Shown here one piece after another: positions 1 through 9,500 of a stretch of DNA of 64,000 nucleotides (the first letter of the stretch is position 1; each line of letters starts with the position of its first letter). Both the position numbers and the translations under genes were made by a program. Under the pieces are notes generated by a model, which did not search any database, was not told the DNA's origin, and saw nothing but the letters and a program-made list of their open reading frames with translations. Origin of the DNA: Pyrinomonadaceae bacterium (GTDB lineage: Bacteria; Acidobacteriota; Blastocatellia; Pyrinomonadales; Pyrinomonadaceae); the NCBI GenBank assembly GCA_051002375.1, contig JBPCMK010000103.1, forward strand, positions 1,756 through 65,755, read 5' to 3'.

Positions 1-231
1 ATAACAAGTGTTGGGCTTTGTTTTGATGAAGATGAAAACATTGACGACTTGCTTTCAACAAATGGTTATAAGGAAGGAACTACTCTTGAAGAAGGTGGTA
101 AACCAATTACTCTGATAATTAGGAAAGAAAACATTCCAAAACTTAATGGAAATTGGAAGAAAGTTTATGCAACGGCTTCTGACGGTTCAAGAACCTATTA
201 CATATCAAACAAAGTAAAGCGAAAATTTTAG
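1..231 (+). CDS. hypothetical protein, C-terminal part (ORF open at left window edge)
   Basis: Frame +1 is open from nt 1 to the TAG at 229-231. No motif recognised. Visibly AT-richer than pheT, which starts 4 nt later. Confidence 0.35.
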   Translation: MTSVGLCFDEDENIDDLLSTNGYKEGTTLEEGGKPITLIIRKENIPKLNGNWKKVYATASDGSRTYYISNKVKRKF

Positions 232-235
232 ATTT

Positions 236-2320
236 ATGAACATCAGTTACAACTGGCTGAAAGATTTAGTTGAAGTAGATTTGTCGCCGCAGGAATTGGC
301 GACGAAGTTGACGAATGTCGGATTGGCGGTCGAAGGCATTCACGAATTTGCGGACGATTTTGTGTTCGATATTGATTTGACTTCAAACCGTTCGGATTGC
401 CTGTCGCATCTCGGCGTGAGCCGCGAAGTCGCGGCGATTACGAATGGCGAATTACGAATTACGAATGACAACGAACAACCGGCGAACGACGCGCAAAATT
501 TAGTTTCGATTCAGGATGCGGATTTGTGTCATCGTTTTACGGCGCGAATTATTCGCAATGTCAAAATTGCGCCGTCGCCGGAATGGTTGAAACGACGGCT
601 CGAAGCGGTCGGCGAGCGTTCCATCAATAACGTCGCGGACATTACGAATTTTGTAATGCTCGAACTCGGCAATCCGATGCACTCGTTTGATTTGAATAAA
701 TTGGCGGAAAATCGAATTGTCGTCCGTCGCGCTCGAAATGGCGAAACGATTCAGACGCTCGATGAAGTTGAAAGAAAATTAGATGAAACGATGTTGGCGA
801 TTTGCGACGCGGAAAAGCCGGTTGCGGTCGCGGGCGTGATGGGCGGTTTCGATTCTTCGATTACTGACGCGACGACCGACGTTTTGCTCGAAGTCGCTTA
901 TTTCGACCGCGCGAATATTCGGCAAACTTCCAGAAATTTAAAACTCTCGACCGAAGCGAGTCATCGTTTCGAGCGCGGCGTTGACATTGAAAATCTCGTT
1001 CGCGCATCGAATCGCGCGACTGAATTGATTTGTGAATTGGCGGGCGGAACTGCCGGAGAATTTGTTGACGTTTATCCGACGAAATTTACACCGAATGAAA
1101 TCGAATCAAACGATATTCAATTTGCGGTGAAAAGATTGACAGGTTTGGAAGTCGAAGAATCTGAAATTTTACAAATCTTAAATTCGCTCGGCATCGAAAC
1201 GAAAGACGAATCGCAAATCGCAAATCGCAAATCGCAAATCTTCGTTTCTCCGAGTTGGCGGCACGATTTGGCGATTGAGGAAGATTTGGTCGAGGAAGTC
1301 GCGCGGATTGTCGGCTATGACAAAATCGGCGAAGAACTTCCGCCCGCATTCGGCGCGGGCGAATATCAACCGACTGAAATTCGCAAAAAATCTTTGCGAA
1401 ACACTTTAGCAAATCTCGGTTTCAACGAAGCGATTTCTTACAGCTTTATAGACACGGGCAATGACGGTAAATTTGATTTGATTCCGAATCTCGTCGCTGA
1501 CAATTTGGACGAAAAATATGTTTCGCTAAAAGATTCGATTATCGAAGGCGCGACCAGAATGCGCCCGTCTTTGCTGTCGGGATTGCTCGACGCGGTTCGT
1601 GCAAATTTGAATCATCAAAGGCGCGATTTGAAATTATTCGAGATTGGAAAAGTTTTTTCCGCGCCGGAAAAGGAAAACGATTTGCCCAATGAACGCGAGC
1701 TTTTCGCGCTCGCTCTGACGGGCAATGAGCTTGCGGAAAACAAAGCGTCAGCCATTCGAGAGTTTGATTTTTACGACGCGAAAGGTGCGCTCGAAAGCGT
1801 GACTAACGCAATCAATTTAACTGCGCTCGAATTTCAAGCCAAAGATGCGAGTCATCTACGAAAAGGTCAGTCGGCGGAAATTCTTTTAAACGGCAATTCG
1901 GTCGGAACAATCGGACGACTCAATGATGAAATCGCCGCCGCGTATAAATTTCGTCAGCCTGTTTTCGTCGCCGAAGTTGATTTGCAAACGATGCTCGCGG
2001 CGGAAACGAAATCAATCGTTTATCAACCTTTGGCAATTTATCCGTCAATTGTGCGCGATGTTTCCCTGCTCGTCAAACGTAGTGTGAGTTACGCGGAAAT
2101 TCAAAAAACGGTTCAAGAACACAATTACGAATTGCTTCGCAGCGTCGAATTTGTTGATGTCTACGAAGGCAAAGGAATGGCTGATGACGAGCGTTCGATT
2201 ACGATTCGGCTTGAATATCGAAGCGACGAGCGGACGCTTTTAGAAGAAGAAATCGAAACAATTCACGCGCAAATTTTAAATAATCTCGAAACGAATTTGG
2301 GCGCGAAGCAAAGATTTTAG
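236..2320 (+). CDS. pheT: phenylalanine--tRNA ligase beta subunit
   Basis: 694-aa ORF. The N-terminus MNISYNWLKDLV...LSPQELATKLTNVGLAVEGI and overall length and layout are typical of the PheRS beta chain. ATG at 236. Confidence 0.95.
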   Translation: MNISYNWLKDLVEVDLSPQELATKLTNVGLAVEGIHEFADDFVFDIDLTSNRSDCLSHLGVSREVAAITNGELRITNDNEQPANDAQNLVSIQDADLCHRFTARIIRNVKIAPSPEWLKRRLEAVGERSINNVADITNFVMLELGNPMHSFDLNKLAENRIVVRRARNGETIQTLDEVERKLDETMLAICDAEKPVAVAGVMGGFDSSITDATTDVLLEVAYFDRANIRQTSRNLKLSTEASHRFERGVDIENLVRASNRATELICELAGGTAGEFVDVYPTKFTPNEIESNDIQFAVKRLTGLEVEESEILQILNSLGIETKDESQIANRKSQIFVSPSWRHDLAIEEDLVEEVARIVGYDKIGEELPPAFGAGEYQPTEIRKKSLRNTLANLGFNEAISYSFIDTGNDGKFDLIPNLVADNLDEKYVSLKDSIIEGATRMRPSLLSGLLDAVRANLNHQRRDLKLFEIGKVFSAPEKENDLPNERELFALALTGNELAENKASAIREFDFYDAKGALESVTNAINLTALEFQAKDASHLRKGQSAEILLNGNSVGTIGRLNDEIAAAYKFRQPVFVAEVDLQTMLAAETKSIVYQPLAIYPSIVRDVSLLVKRSVSYAEIQKTVQEHNYELLRSVEFVDVYEGKGMADDERSITIRLEYRSDERTLLEEEIETIHAQILNNLETNLGAKQRF

Positions 2321-2339
2321 AAATTTATTAATAAAACAC

Positions 2340-2368
2340 TTGAAGTTTTTCGCAAAAATTAACATAAT
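2340..2368 (+). promoter_or_regulatory. sigma70-like promoter candidate for the zapB-like/zapA pair
   Basis: TTGAAG (2340-2345), 17-nt spacer, CATAAT (2363-2368). GGAG at 2400-2403 precedes the ATG at 2410. Confidence 0.45.
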
Positions 2369-2409
2369 CAGACGGAACTTATAACGACAAACTTTATACG
2401 GAGAAACCA

Positions 2410-2691
2410 ATGAACGGTTTGGCAGGAATGGAAAAATTTTCGCATCTTGAAGACAAAATTTATTTGACGATTGAAAACGTCCGCAAGCTGCGCGAAGAAA
2501 AGGAACAAATCGAACGCGAAATGAAATCGCTGCGCCACGAAGTCGGCAGTCTTTTGTCGGAAAAAACGCGGCTCGAAGAAAAGGTCGAAGATTTGATGAG
2601 CGAGCGCGACGCGATTCAACTAAAAGTCGAAGCGATGCTCGACGCGATTACGATTATCGAACCCGATGTGGCGGAAGCCGTCAGCAGATAA
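2410..2691 (+). CDS. small coiled-coil protein, possible ZapB-like cell-division factor
   Basis: 93-aa ORF rich in heptad-like E/K/L (EEKEQIEREMKSLRHEVGSLLSEKTRLEEKVEDL). Sits immediately upstream of zapA. Good SD. Confidence 0.6.
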   Translation: MNGLAGMEKFSHLEDKIYLTIENVRKLREEKEQIEREMKSLRHEVGSLLSEKTRLEEKVEDLMSERDAIQLKVEAMLDAITIIEPDVAEAVSR

Positions 2692-2699
2692 AAATTTTT

Positions 2700-3056
2700 A
2701 TGCTCAACTCGAACGGCAAAGGAAAAGCGGAAGCGGTGGCGCAGTCAATCCGCGTCGAAATTTACAATCAAACTTACAACATTCGCTCGGACGGCGACAA
2801 CGATTATATTCTGCGTCTTGCCGAATATGTTGACGGCAAAATGCGCGAAATATCAAGCGGAACGCTGACCGTTGATTCTTTGAAGGTCGCCATTCTCGCC
2901 GCGCTGCACATCGCCGACGAATGTCATCAATTAAAAAATCAGCAGGAACAATCCGACGCGCAGCTCGCTTCGCGCAGCGCGGAATGCGCCGAAATGCTCG
3001 ACCGCGTTCTCAAACACCGCGAACCCGCGCCGCAGGAACTCGAAACAGAACAGTAG
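2700..3056 (+). CDS. zapA: cell division protein ZapA
   Basis: 118 aa. IRVEIYNQTYNIRSDGDNDYILRLAEYVDGKMREI followed by a C-terminal coiled coil matches the ZapA pattern. pheT-zapA neighbourhood is common. Confidence 0.85.
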   Translation: MLNSNGKGKAEAVAQSIRVEIYNQTYNIRSDGDNDYILRLAEYVDGKMREISSGTLTVDSLKVAILAALHIADECHQLKNQQEQSDAQLASRSAECAEMLDRVLKHREPAPQELETEQ

Positions 3057-3064
3057 TTCAAGTA

Positions 3065-3134
3065 AAAAGTAAAAAGGCAAAGGGAAAAAGTGGAAAACGA
3101 ATTCTTTACTTTTTCCCTTTGCCTTTTTACTTTT
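3065..3134. repeat. perfect palindrome (27-bp arms, 16-nt loop) of A-rich heptamers; probable zapA terminator
   Basis: 3065-3091 aaaagtaaaaaggcaaagggaaaaagt is the exact reverse complement of 3108-3134. Starts 9 nt after the zapA stop. Confidence 0.9.
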
Positions 3135-3399
3135 GCCATTTTAAAGACTGTGTTACAATCTTTTTCAGGCGAAAATTCTGCAAGGTTTGTAACCGGGCGT
3201 TATAATAATTGAGCCAACATTTATTGAATCGGGAGGCTAACGCCGTTGTTTCGGTGCAATCTTTCACAGTTAAAGATTTGCCATAGAAAACGGCTTCGAT
3301 GCTCGAAAAATTTTTGGGCAGAAAGCCACCCACCTATTTAGTTATAGGTTCAATTCAATCGTCTGGAACGGCTTCTGCGGTTTTCTCGCCAATTTTTTT

Positions 3400-3466
3400 G
3401 GGGGAGAGAGGAAAGAGTGGAGGGGAGAGAGTTGGATTTTCTCTCCTCTCCACTCTTTACTCTCTA
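3400..3466. repeat. palindromic element built from GAGAGTG/CACTCTC-type heptamers
   Basis: 3412-3430 aaagagtggaggggagaga pairs with 3440-3458 tctctcctctccactcttt (1 mismatch), 9-nt loop. Ends 6 nt before the 3472 start codon. Confidence 0.85.
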
Positions 3467-3471
3467 CTTCT

Positions 3472-4260
3472 TTGATTATGAACATTTTAATTATCGCTGA
3501 TGTTGTGGCGCGTCCCGGACGACTTGCCGTTTTGGAAAAAATCCAAGAGCTGCGCGAGCGATATGAAATTGACATCGCTTTGATAAACGGCGAAAACGTC
3601 GCGGGCGGATTTTCGATAACTCCTGCGCTTGCCGATGAATTTTTCGCAAAAGGCATTGACCTGATGACTTCGGGCAATCATATTTTCGATAAGCCGGAAA
3701 TAATTCCCTATATCGAAAAAAATTCGCGTCTCGTGCGTCCGGCAAATTATCCGCCCGACACGCCCGGCAAAGGTTTATTTGTCGGCGAAGTTCGCGGCTA
3801 TAAAATTGCTCTTCTCAATCTTCTCGGCAGAGTTTTTATGCCGCCGGTTGACGACCCGTTTCGCATCGCCGACGCGCAAATCAAATCCGTTCCCGACGAC
3901 GTGAAAATTCGGCTGGTTGATTTTCACGCCGAAGCGACTTCGGAAAAATACGCGCTCGGCTGGTTTCTCGACGGTCGAGTTTCCGCCATCTACGGTTCGC
4001 ACACGCACGTGCAAACGGCGGACGAAAGAATTTTAGACGACGGCACGGCTTATATTACCGATGTCGGAATGACCGGAAGCTACGCGGGCGTGATCGGCAT
4101 GGACCGAAAAGATGTCATCGGGCGATTCACGAAATTTCCCGCCCGCCGCGCCGACCATGCCAAAGGCGACGTTTGGATTTGCGCGATTGTCGTCGAGATT
4201 GACGAAGAAACCGGAAAGGCGAATAAAATTGAAAGACTTCGGCTGGAACAGAAAAATTAA
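3472..4260 (+). CDS. ymdB: YmdB-family metallophosphoesterase (2',3'-cyclic-nucleotide phosphodiesterase-like)
   Basis: NILIIADVVARPGR...INGENVAGGFSIT...MTSGNHIFDK...DFHAEATSEK...GSHTHVQTADERIL matches the TIGR00282/YmdB signature. The start could be 3478. Confidence 0.85.
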   Translation: MIMNILIIADVVARPGRLAVLEKIQELRERYEIDIALINGENVAGGFSITPALADEFFAKGIDLMTSGNHIFDKPEIIPYIEKNSRLVRPANYPPDTPGKGLFVGEVRGYKIALLNLLGRVFMPPVDDPFRIADAQIKSVPDDVKIRLVDFHAEATSEKYALGWFLDGRVSAIYGSHTHVQTADERILDDGTAYITDVGMTGSYAGVIGMDRKDVIGRFTKFPARRADHAKGDVWICAIVVEIDEETGKANKIERLRLEQKN

Positions 4261-4300
4261 ATCCGTTCAGAACCGCCTGCACGAACGGACGGATTTTCTT
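4259..4300 (+). terminator. intrinsic terminator candidate after ymdB-like gene
   Basis: aaatccgt (4259-4266) pairs with acggattt (4289-4296), with inner ccgttc/gaacgg pairing, followed by tttctttgg. Confidence 0.5.
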
Positions 4301-4464
4301 TGGAAGCGGTTTGGAAACTACGAATTTGTTAAAAACAACAGCCAAACTATTCGTTATTCGCTATCAACTGTTCGTTGTTTGGCAGAAGAAAAAGGAATCT
4401 GCTTGAGAACAGCAAATAGTGAACTTCGGATCACATAAAATTTTAAGATTGGCAAATCGGAAAA

Positions 4465-5100
4465 TTACAGGTCAATTACGATAGGCAAATTCGTCGGCTC
4501 GTAAGATTCGTCGCAGTTTGAAGCGTTGATAAATTTCACGCCGAAATTTTCGGTTATTCCGTAACCGCAGTGAATATGTCCGAAGATGTGAAGTTTCGGT
4601 TTGATTTTTTCGACTCGTTTTCGTAATTCCTCGCAGCCCGTGTTTTCAATCCAATACTGTCTCGGAACTTCGTCTAAAATTCCGTTGGGCGGTCCGTGCG
4701 TAATTAAAATGTCCGTCTCGTCGGGAATTAATTTCCACTTTTCCGCGAGTTCCCTGCCGCGATTCAGGTTAAAAGCCCAATCGAAAAAGCGCGGCTGCCA
4801 AGGCGAGCCGTAAATTTTCAAGCCTTCGATTTCAACCGAAGAATCCTGCAAATAATCAATTGATCTGTCGAGCAAATTTCTCGCAAAATGATTGTTCGTT
4901 TCAAAAAGCCAATCGTGATTTCCGGCGACGAAAATTTTTCTGGCGTGCGGCAAATTGGCAAACCATTCGTTAAATAAAAATATCTCGTCAAACGTGCCGC
5001 GAATCGTCGCATCGCCCGCGTGGACGAGTATGTCGCCGTCCGGCACGCGGATTTGTTCATTGCAGTTGTGCGTGTCGGACAAACAAACGATTCGCGTCAT
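4465..5100 (-). CDS. calcineurin-like metallophosphoesterase
   Basis: 211 aa. Motifs LSDTHN, HAGDAT, VAGNHD, THGPP and GHIHCGYG are the classic MPP metal-binding blocks. Confidence 0.85.
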   Translation of the reverse strand: MTRIVCLSDTHNCNEQIRVPDGDILVHAGDATIRGTFDEIFLFNEWFANLPHARKIFVAGNHDWLFETNNHFARNLLDRSIDYLQDSSVEIEGLKIYGSPWQPRFFDWAFNLNRGRELAEKWKLIPDETDILITHGPPNGILDEVPRQYWIENTGCEELRKRVEKIKPKLHIFGHIHCGYGITENFGVKFINASNCDESYEPTNLPIVIDL

Positions 5101-5124
5101 CGTAATTTTCCTGAGTGAAATTAA

Positions 5125-6258
5125 TCAACTTTTGTAGATTCTCGAAACGAAGTTTCCGTTGAGAAATTCCTGTGGATTGATTTGACTTTGCGTAATTACG
5201 CCTTTGTAATTTCCCGACAGAAGCATCATCGCTGATTCTATTAAAGGAACGGCGGTCGTCGTTTGAATGGCGCGAAGATGTGTATTGTTAATTTGAAGCG
5301 GCTCGACGAAAAACGCTTTTTCCAACATTCGCCTCACGCCTTTCGAGTCGAATCCTTCGACCGAAGCGTAAGCCAAAACAAAATCTTCCTCGACCGCCGG
5401 AACTTCCCGCATAATTTTCCTTAAAAGTTTGTCCGGCAGATTTTCATCTTTTGTCAATTTTCTAATCAGACTCTCAACCCAGGCGTAATGTCCGACGTAA
5501 CGCAGAGTTTTGTAATCGAGGCGGCGGGATTTTCCGGCAAAAAATTCCGGCAAATCAGCCGCGCCGCCGCTCGTCAAATCCGCCTCAAAAATTTTGCCGC
5601 CGATGACGATTCGTTCGCGGTCGGACAATGCCGGTCGCTCGACGATTTTATAATCACGAACGACGCGGGAATTTTTGACGTATTCGGTCGCCACGCCAAT
5701 CGGCGACCACGTAAAACCGTAAAAATGCGGCTCGTGCGCGTGGGCGGAAAGCGCGCCCACTTTCATTCCGATTTTTTCGACGCTTTCATTTTCAAATTGC
5801 TCGACAAACTTTTGATAAAGCGACATCGTCAGCACATTGATAAAACCGGGCGCGAGTCCGGTCTGCAAAACGAATCCGGTTTCCGCACCTTCGGCGAGCG
5901 CGATTATCTCGTGGGTCTCGGCGACATATTCCGTCAGATTCGCGTAGTGCATTTTAAAGTCGCGCGAGAACCGAGCCATTCGCGGAGCTTGCGAACCGGG
6001 CGAACAATCAAGCAAAACATCACACGATTCAAACGCCTCTTTCATCGGTTCGCTAATGCCGTTTTTCGACATCAAAATCGTTTCGACCGCAGAAGTTTTC
6101 GGCGAATTGCTCAAAACTATTTCCTTCGTCTTACGCAAATTATCCGCGTTGATGTCGCCGAGATAAATCTCGATTTCCATCGTTGACCATTCGCGCAGAA
6201 GCAGCGCGACGGCTTCGCCGATGCCGCCCGCGCCGGCGATAAATATCTTTTTGCTCAT
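5125..6258 (-). CDS. saccharopine dehydrogenase-like NAD(P)-binding protein
   Basis: 377 aa. N-terminal Rossmann motif KIFIAGAGGIGEAVALLL. Length and C-terminal domain are consistent with the saccharopine/homospermidine dehydrogenase family (from memory). Confidence 0.6.
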   Translation of the reverse strand: MSKKIFIAGAGGIGEAVALLLREWSTMEIEIYLGDINADNLRKTKEIVLSNSPKTSAVETILMSKNGISEPMKEAFESCDVLLDCSPGSQAPRMARFSRDFKMHYANLTEYVAETHEIIALAEGAETGFVLQTGLAPGFINVLTMSLYQKFVEQFENESVEKIGMKVGALSAHAHEPHFYGFTWSPIGVATEYVKNSRVVRDYKIVERPALSDRERIVIGGKIFEADLTSGGAADLPEFFAGKSRRLDYKTLRYVGHYAWVESLIRKLTKDENLPDKLLRKIMREVPAVEEDFVLAYASVEGFDSKGVRRMLEKAFFVEPLQINNTHLRAIQTTTAVPLIESAMMLLSGNYKGVITQSQINPQEFLNGNFVSRIYKS

Positions 6259-6264
6259 TAGGAT

Positions 6265-6501
6265 TTATTCGTTCCGGTCGGATTCTTCGGAGCGTCGCAT
6301 TTCTTCGCCCTTCTCTAAACTCTCGGCAGCTTCTTGCCGCAAATTTCCGGCTTCGACGTTGTATTCGCCTTCGGCTTGCGTAATCGGATCGGCGGTCAAA
6401 ATTCCGCCGACGGTTTCGATTCCGCCGACGATGATCTGCCCGACCGCTTTTAAGTCTTCGGTTAAGGTAGTTTCTTTTCGTTCTTTATTTTCTTCCGTCA
6501 T
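6265..6501 (-). CDS. small acidic protein, possibly CsbD-like
   Basis: 78 aa. The segment GGILTADPITQAEGEYNVEAGNLRQEA loosely resembles the CsbD G-x-D-x-AEG repeat. Stop is 7 nt from the downstream gene start. Confidence 0.45.
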   Translation of the reverse strand: MTEENKERKETTLTEDLKAVGQIIVGGIETVGGILTADPITQAEGEYNVEAGNLRQEAAESLEKGEEMRRSEESDRNE

Positions 6502-6563
6502 ATCTAAAATTCTACAACGAAAAAGCCGACTTTGCGAACAAACAAAGTCGGTTGAGCCGTCTG

Positions 6564-9500
6564 TTACTCGATATTAAAATATTTCGCTTCTGGGTGATGA
6601 ATGATGATTGCCGAAGTTGATTGTTCGGGAACGAGTTGGAATTCTTCCGACAATTCGACCTCAATTCTTTCCGGCAGAAGCAGTTCAAAAAGTTTCGTTT
6701 GGTCTTCGAGATTCGGACACGCCGGATAGCCGAAGCTGTAACGCGAGCCTTGATAGCCTTGGTGGAAAAGTTTGGATAAATCTTTCGCATCTTGGTCAGC
6801 GATGCCGAATTCTTCGCGGATTCGTTTGTGCCACATTTCGGCTAAGGCTTCGGCGGATTCGACTGAAAGCCCGTGAAAAAGAAGATAATCGGTGTAGTTG
6901 TCCGAACGGAAAAGCTCGTGCGCGTATTCGCTGGCGCGTCGTCCCATCGTTACCAAATCGAACGCGACGACATCAATTTTCCCCGAATCTTTCGACGCGA
7001 AATAATCCGCTAAACAAAGATTTTTTCCGCCGCGCTGCTCTTTCGGTTGACGCGGAAATGTGAATCTTAATTTTTCGGTTTTCTCGTCCGTTTCATAGAT
7101 AATTAAATCGTTGCCTTCGGATTGACACGGAAAATATCCATAAACCAATTTCGCTTCCAAAAGTTTTTCGCGCATTGCTTTGGCTTTGATTTCGGCGAAT
7201 TTCGGATAAACTGTTTCCTGCAAAATTTGCTCGTATTCTTCTATTGATTTGCGCCCTTGTTTGTATTGCCATTGCCCTTTGAAAAGCGCGGTCTTGTTGA
7301 TGAATGCGAAGACTTTATTTAAATCTTTTATCTCGACGACTTTCGAGCCGTAAAAAGGTTTTTCGGGAATTTCGACATCGTTTGAAACGTCGGATTTCGT
7401 CGTGTGCGTCGTGTCGCCGGTTTGACGGTTTGAAACACGCGCGGCTTGTTTGCCGAGTTTGGCATCTTCGCCAACGAGGTCTTCTGCGTCGGAGACGGTT
7501 TCGATTGTCGCGTCTAATTCGCCCGCTAACGCAGGCGGTTCTGACAATTCGCCGACTGCCGCGACTTTGGACTTTGGACTTTGGACTTTGGACTGCTCGC
7601 GCTGCGTGAGCGCGTCCATCGCGTGCAGACCGTCGAACGCATCGCGGGCGTAGAAAAGTTTGCCGTTGTAAAGCGGAACCAAATCGCTGTCAACATATTT
7701 TCGATTTAACGCCGCGCCGCCCAAAATGACCGGAACATTGATGCCGCGCTCGTTCATAATTTCGAGATTGTCGCGCATCACCAAAGTTGATTTGACGAGC
7801 AGACCGCTCATTCCGATGGCATCGCAATGCGTTCCTTCAAAGACGCGCAGAATTTCGTCAATCGGTTGTTTGATGCCGAGATTTACTACTCGATAGCCGT
7901 TGTTCGTCAAAATTATATCAACCAAATTTTTGCCGATGTCGTGAACGTCGCCTTTGACGGTCGCCAAAACCATCACGCCTTTCGACTGCTCGCCTTCGAC
8001 TTTTTCCATAAACGGTTCGAGAAATTTGACCGCCGTTTTCATAACTTCGGCTGACTGCAAAACGAACGGCAACTGCATTTGTCCGCTTCCGAATAAATCG
8101 CCGACAACCTTCATTCCGTCGAGCAAAATGTTGTTGACGATTTCGAGCGCGGAATATTTTTCGAGCGCGATTTTCAAATTGTCTTCCAAGCCGATTTTCT
8201 CGCCGTCAATAATGTGATGTTTCAGCTTTTCTTCGGTCGAGAGATTTGAAACGTCAACCTTCATTGATTGCGCCGTTTTGCCCTGAAACATCGTCGTAAA
8301 TTCGCCGAGCGGATCATAAACGCAAACCTCGCTGTCATTATCTTTAGCAAATTTTCGGCGGTCGTAAATCAAATCCTGCGCGACTTCGATTTCGTGTTCG
8401 TTAAAGCGATTGAGCGGCAAAATTTTTGATGCGTTGACGATTGCCGAATTCATTCCGGCTTCGACCGCTTCGTGCAAGAAAATTGAATTAAGGACAACGC
8501 GAGCCGCCGGATTCAAGCCAAAACTGACGTTTGAAACACCCAAAATAATATTCGCTTCGGGCATTTCCGCGTGAATACGTTTGATTGATTCGATTGTCTC
8601 CGAAGCGTTTTTACGGTCTTCTTCGATTCCCGTCGAAATTGGCAGCGCGAGAGGATCGAAGAAAATATCGTGCGCCTCGATGCCGAATTCGGTCGCTTGT
8701 TTGAATGCGCGGCGGGCGATTTTCAATTTGTTTTCGGCGGTTCGCGCCATTCCTTCTTCGTCAATCAAACCGATGACAATCGCCGCGCCGTATTCTTTCG
8801 CTAATTCCAGAAGTTTTATAAAACGCGGCTCACCATCTTCGTAATTCGTCGAATTCAAAATGCACTTTCCGCCCGCCAGCTTTAAGCCTTCTTCCATTTT
8901 TTCCCACTCGGTCGAATCGAGCATCAGAGGAATTTTGACATTTGTTACAAGCCGCGAAACGAGCGTGTGCATATCTGAAACGCCGTCGCGCCCGACAAAA
9001 TCCACGTTGACATCTAAAATATGTGCGCCTTCGCGCTCTTGTTCTTTAGCGAGTTTTACAAGTCCGTCCCAATCTTCCGCCTCCAAAAGATCGCGCATTT
9101 TTTTCGAGCCTGAAGCGTTGACTCTTTCGCCGACGATTAAAAACGAATTGTCCTGCGTGTAAGGTTGCGAAAAATAAATCGAAGCCGCCGCCGGAGTGAA
9201 TTTTATCTCACGATTTTTCGGTGAGACATTCTGCATTTTTTCAACGACGAGTCGCAGATGTTCAAATGAAGTTCCGCAGCAACCGCCGACAACATTTGCG
9301 CCGAAGTCCTTCGCAAAATGCTCGACCTTTTTCGCAAAATCTTCGGGCGTTTCGCTGTAAAATTGTTTTCCGTCTTTGACTTCCGGCAGTCCAGCGTTTG
9401 GCAAAACAGAAACGGGAAACGGCGAATTCTCACACAAATATTTGACGTTTTCGGTCATTTGGTCGGGACCCGTTCCGCAGTTCATTCCGATCACGTCAAT

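Noticed and set aside
3127-3677. Minus-strand ORFs 3127-3333 (68 aa) and 3342-3677 (111 aa)
   Set aside because: The first starts at a GTG with no SD and runs into the zapA-terminator palindrome. The second overlaps the palindrome and the 5' end of the YmdB-like gene. Neither has a recognisable motif.
5488-6186. 232-aa plus-strand ORF
   Set aside because: It is entirely antisense to the well-supported saccharopine-dehydrogenase-like gene. The Arg-rich, low-information translation is typical of the reverse frame of a real gene.
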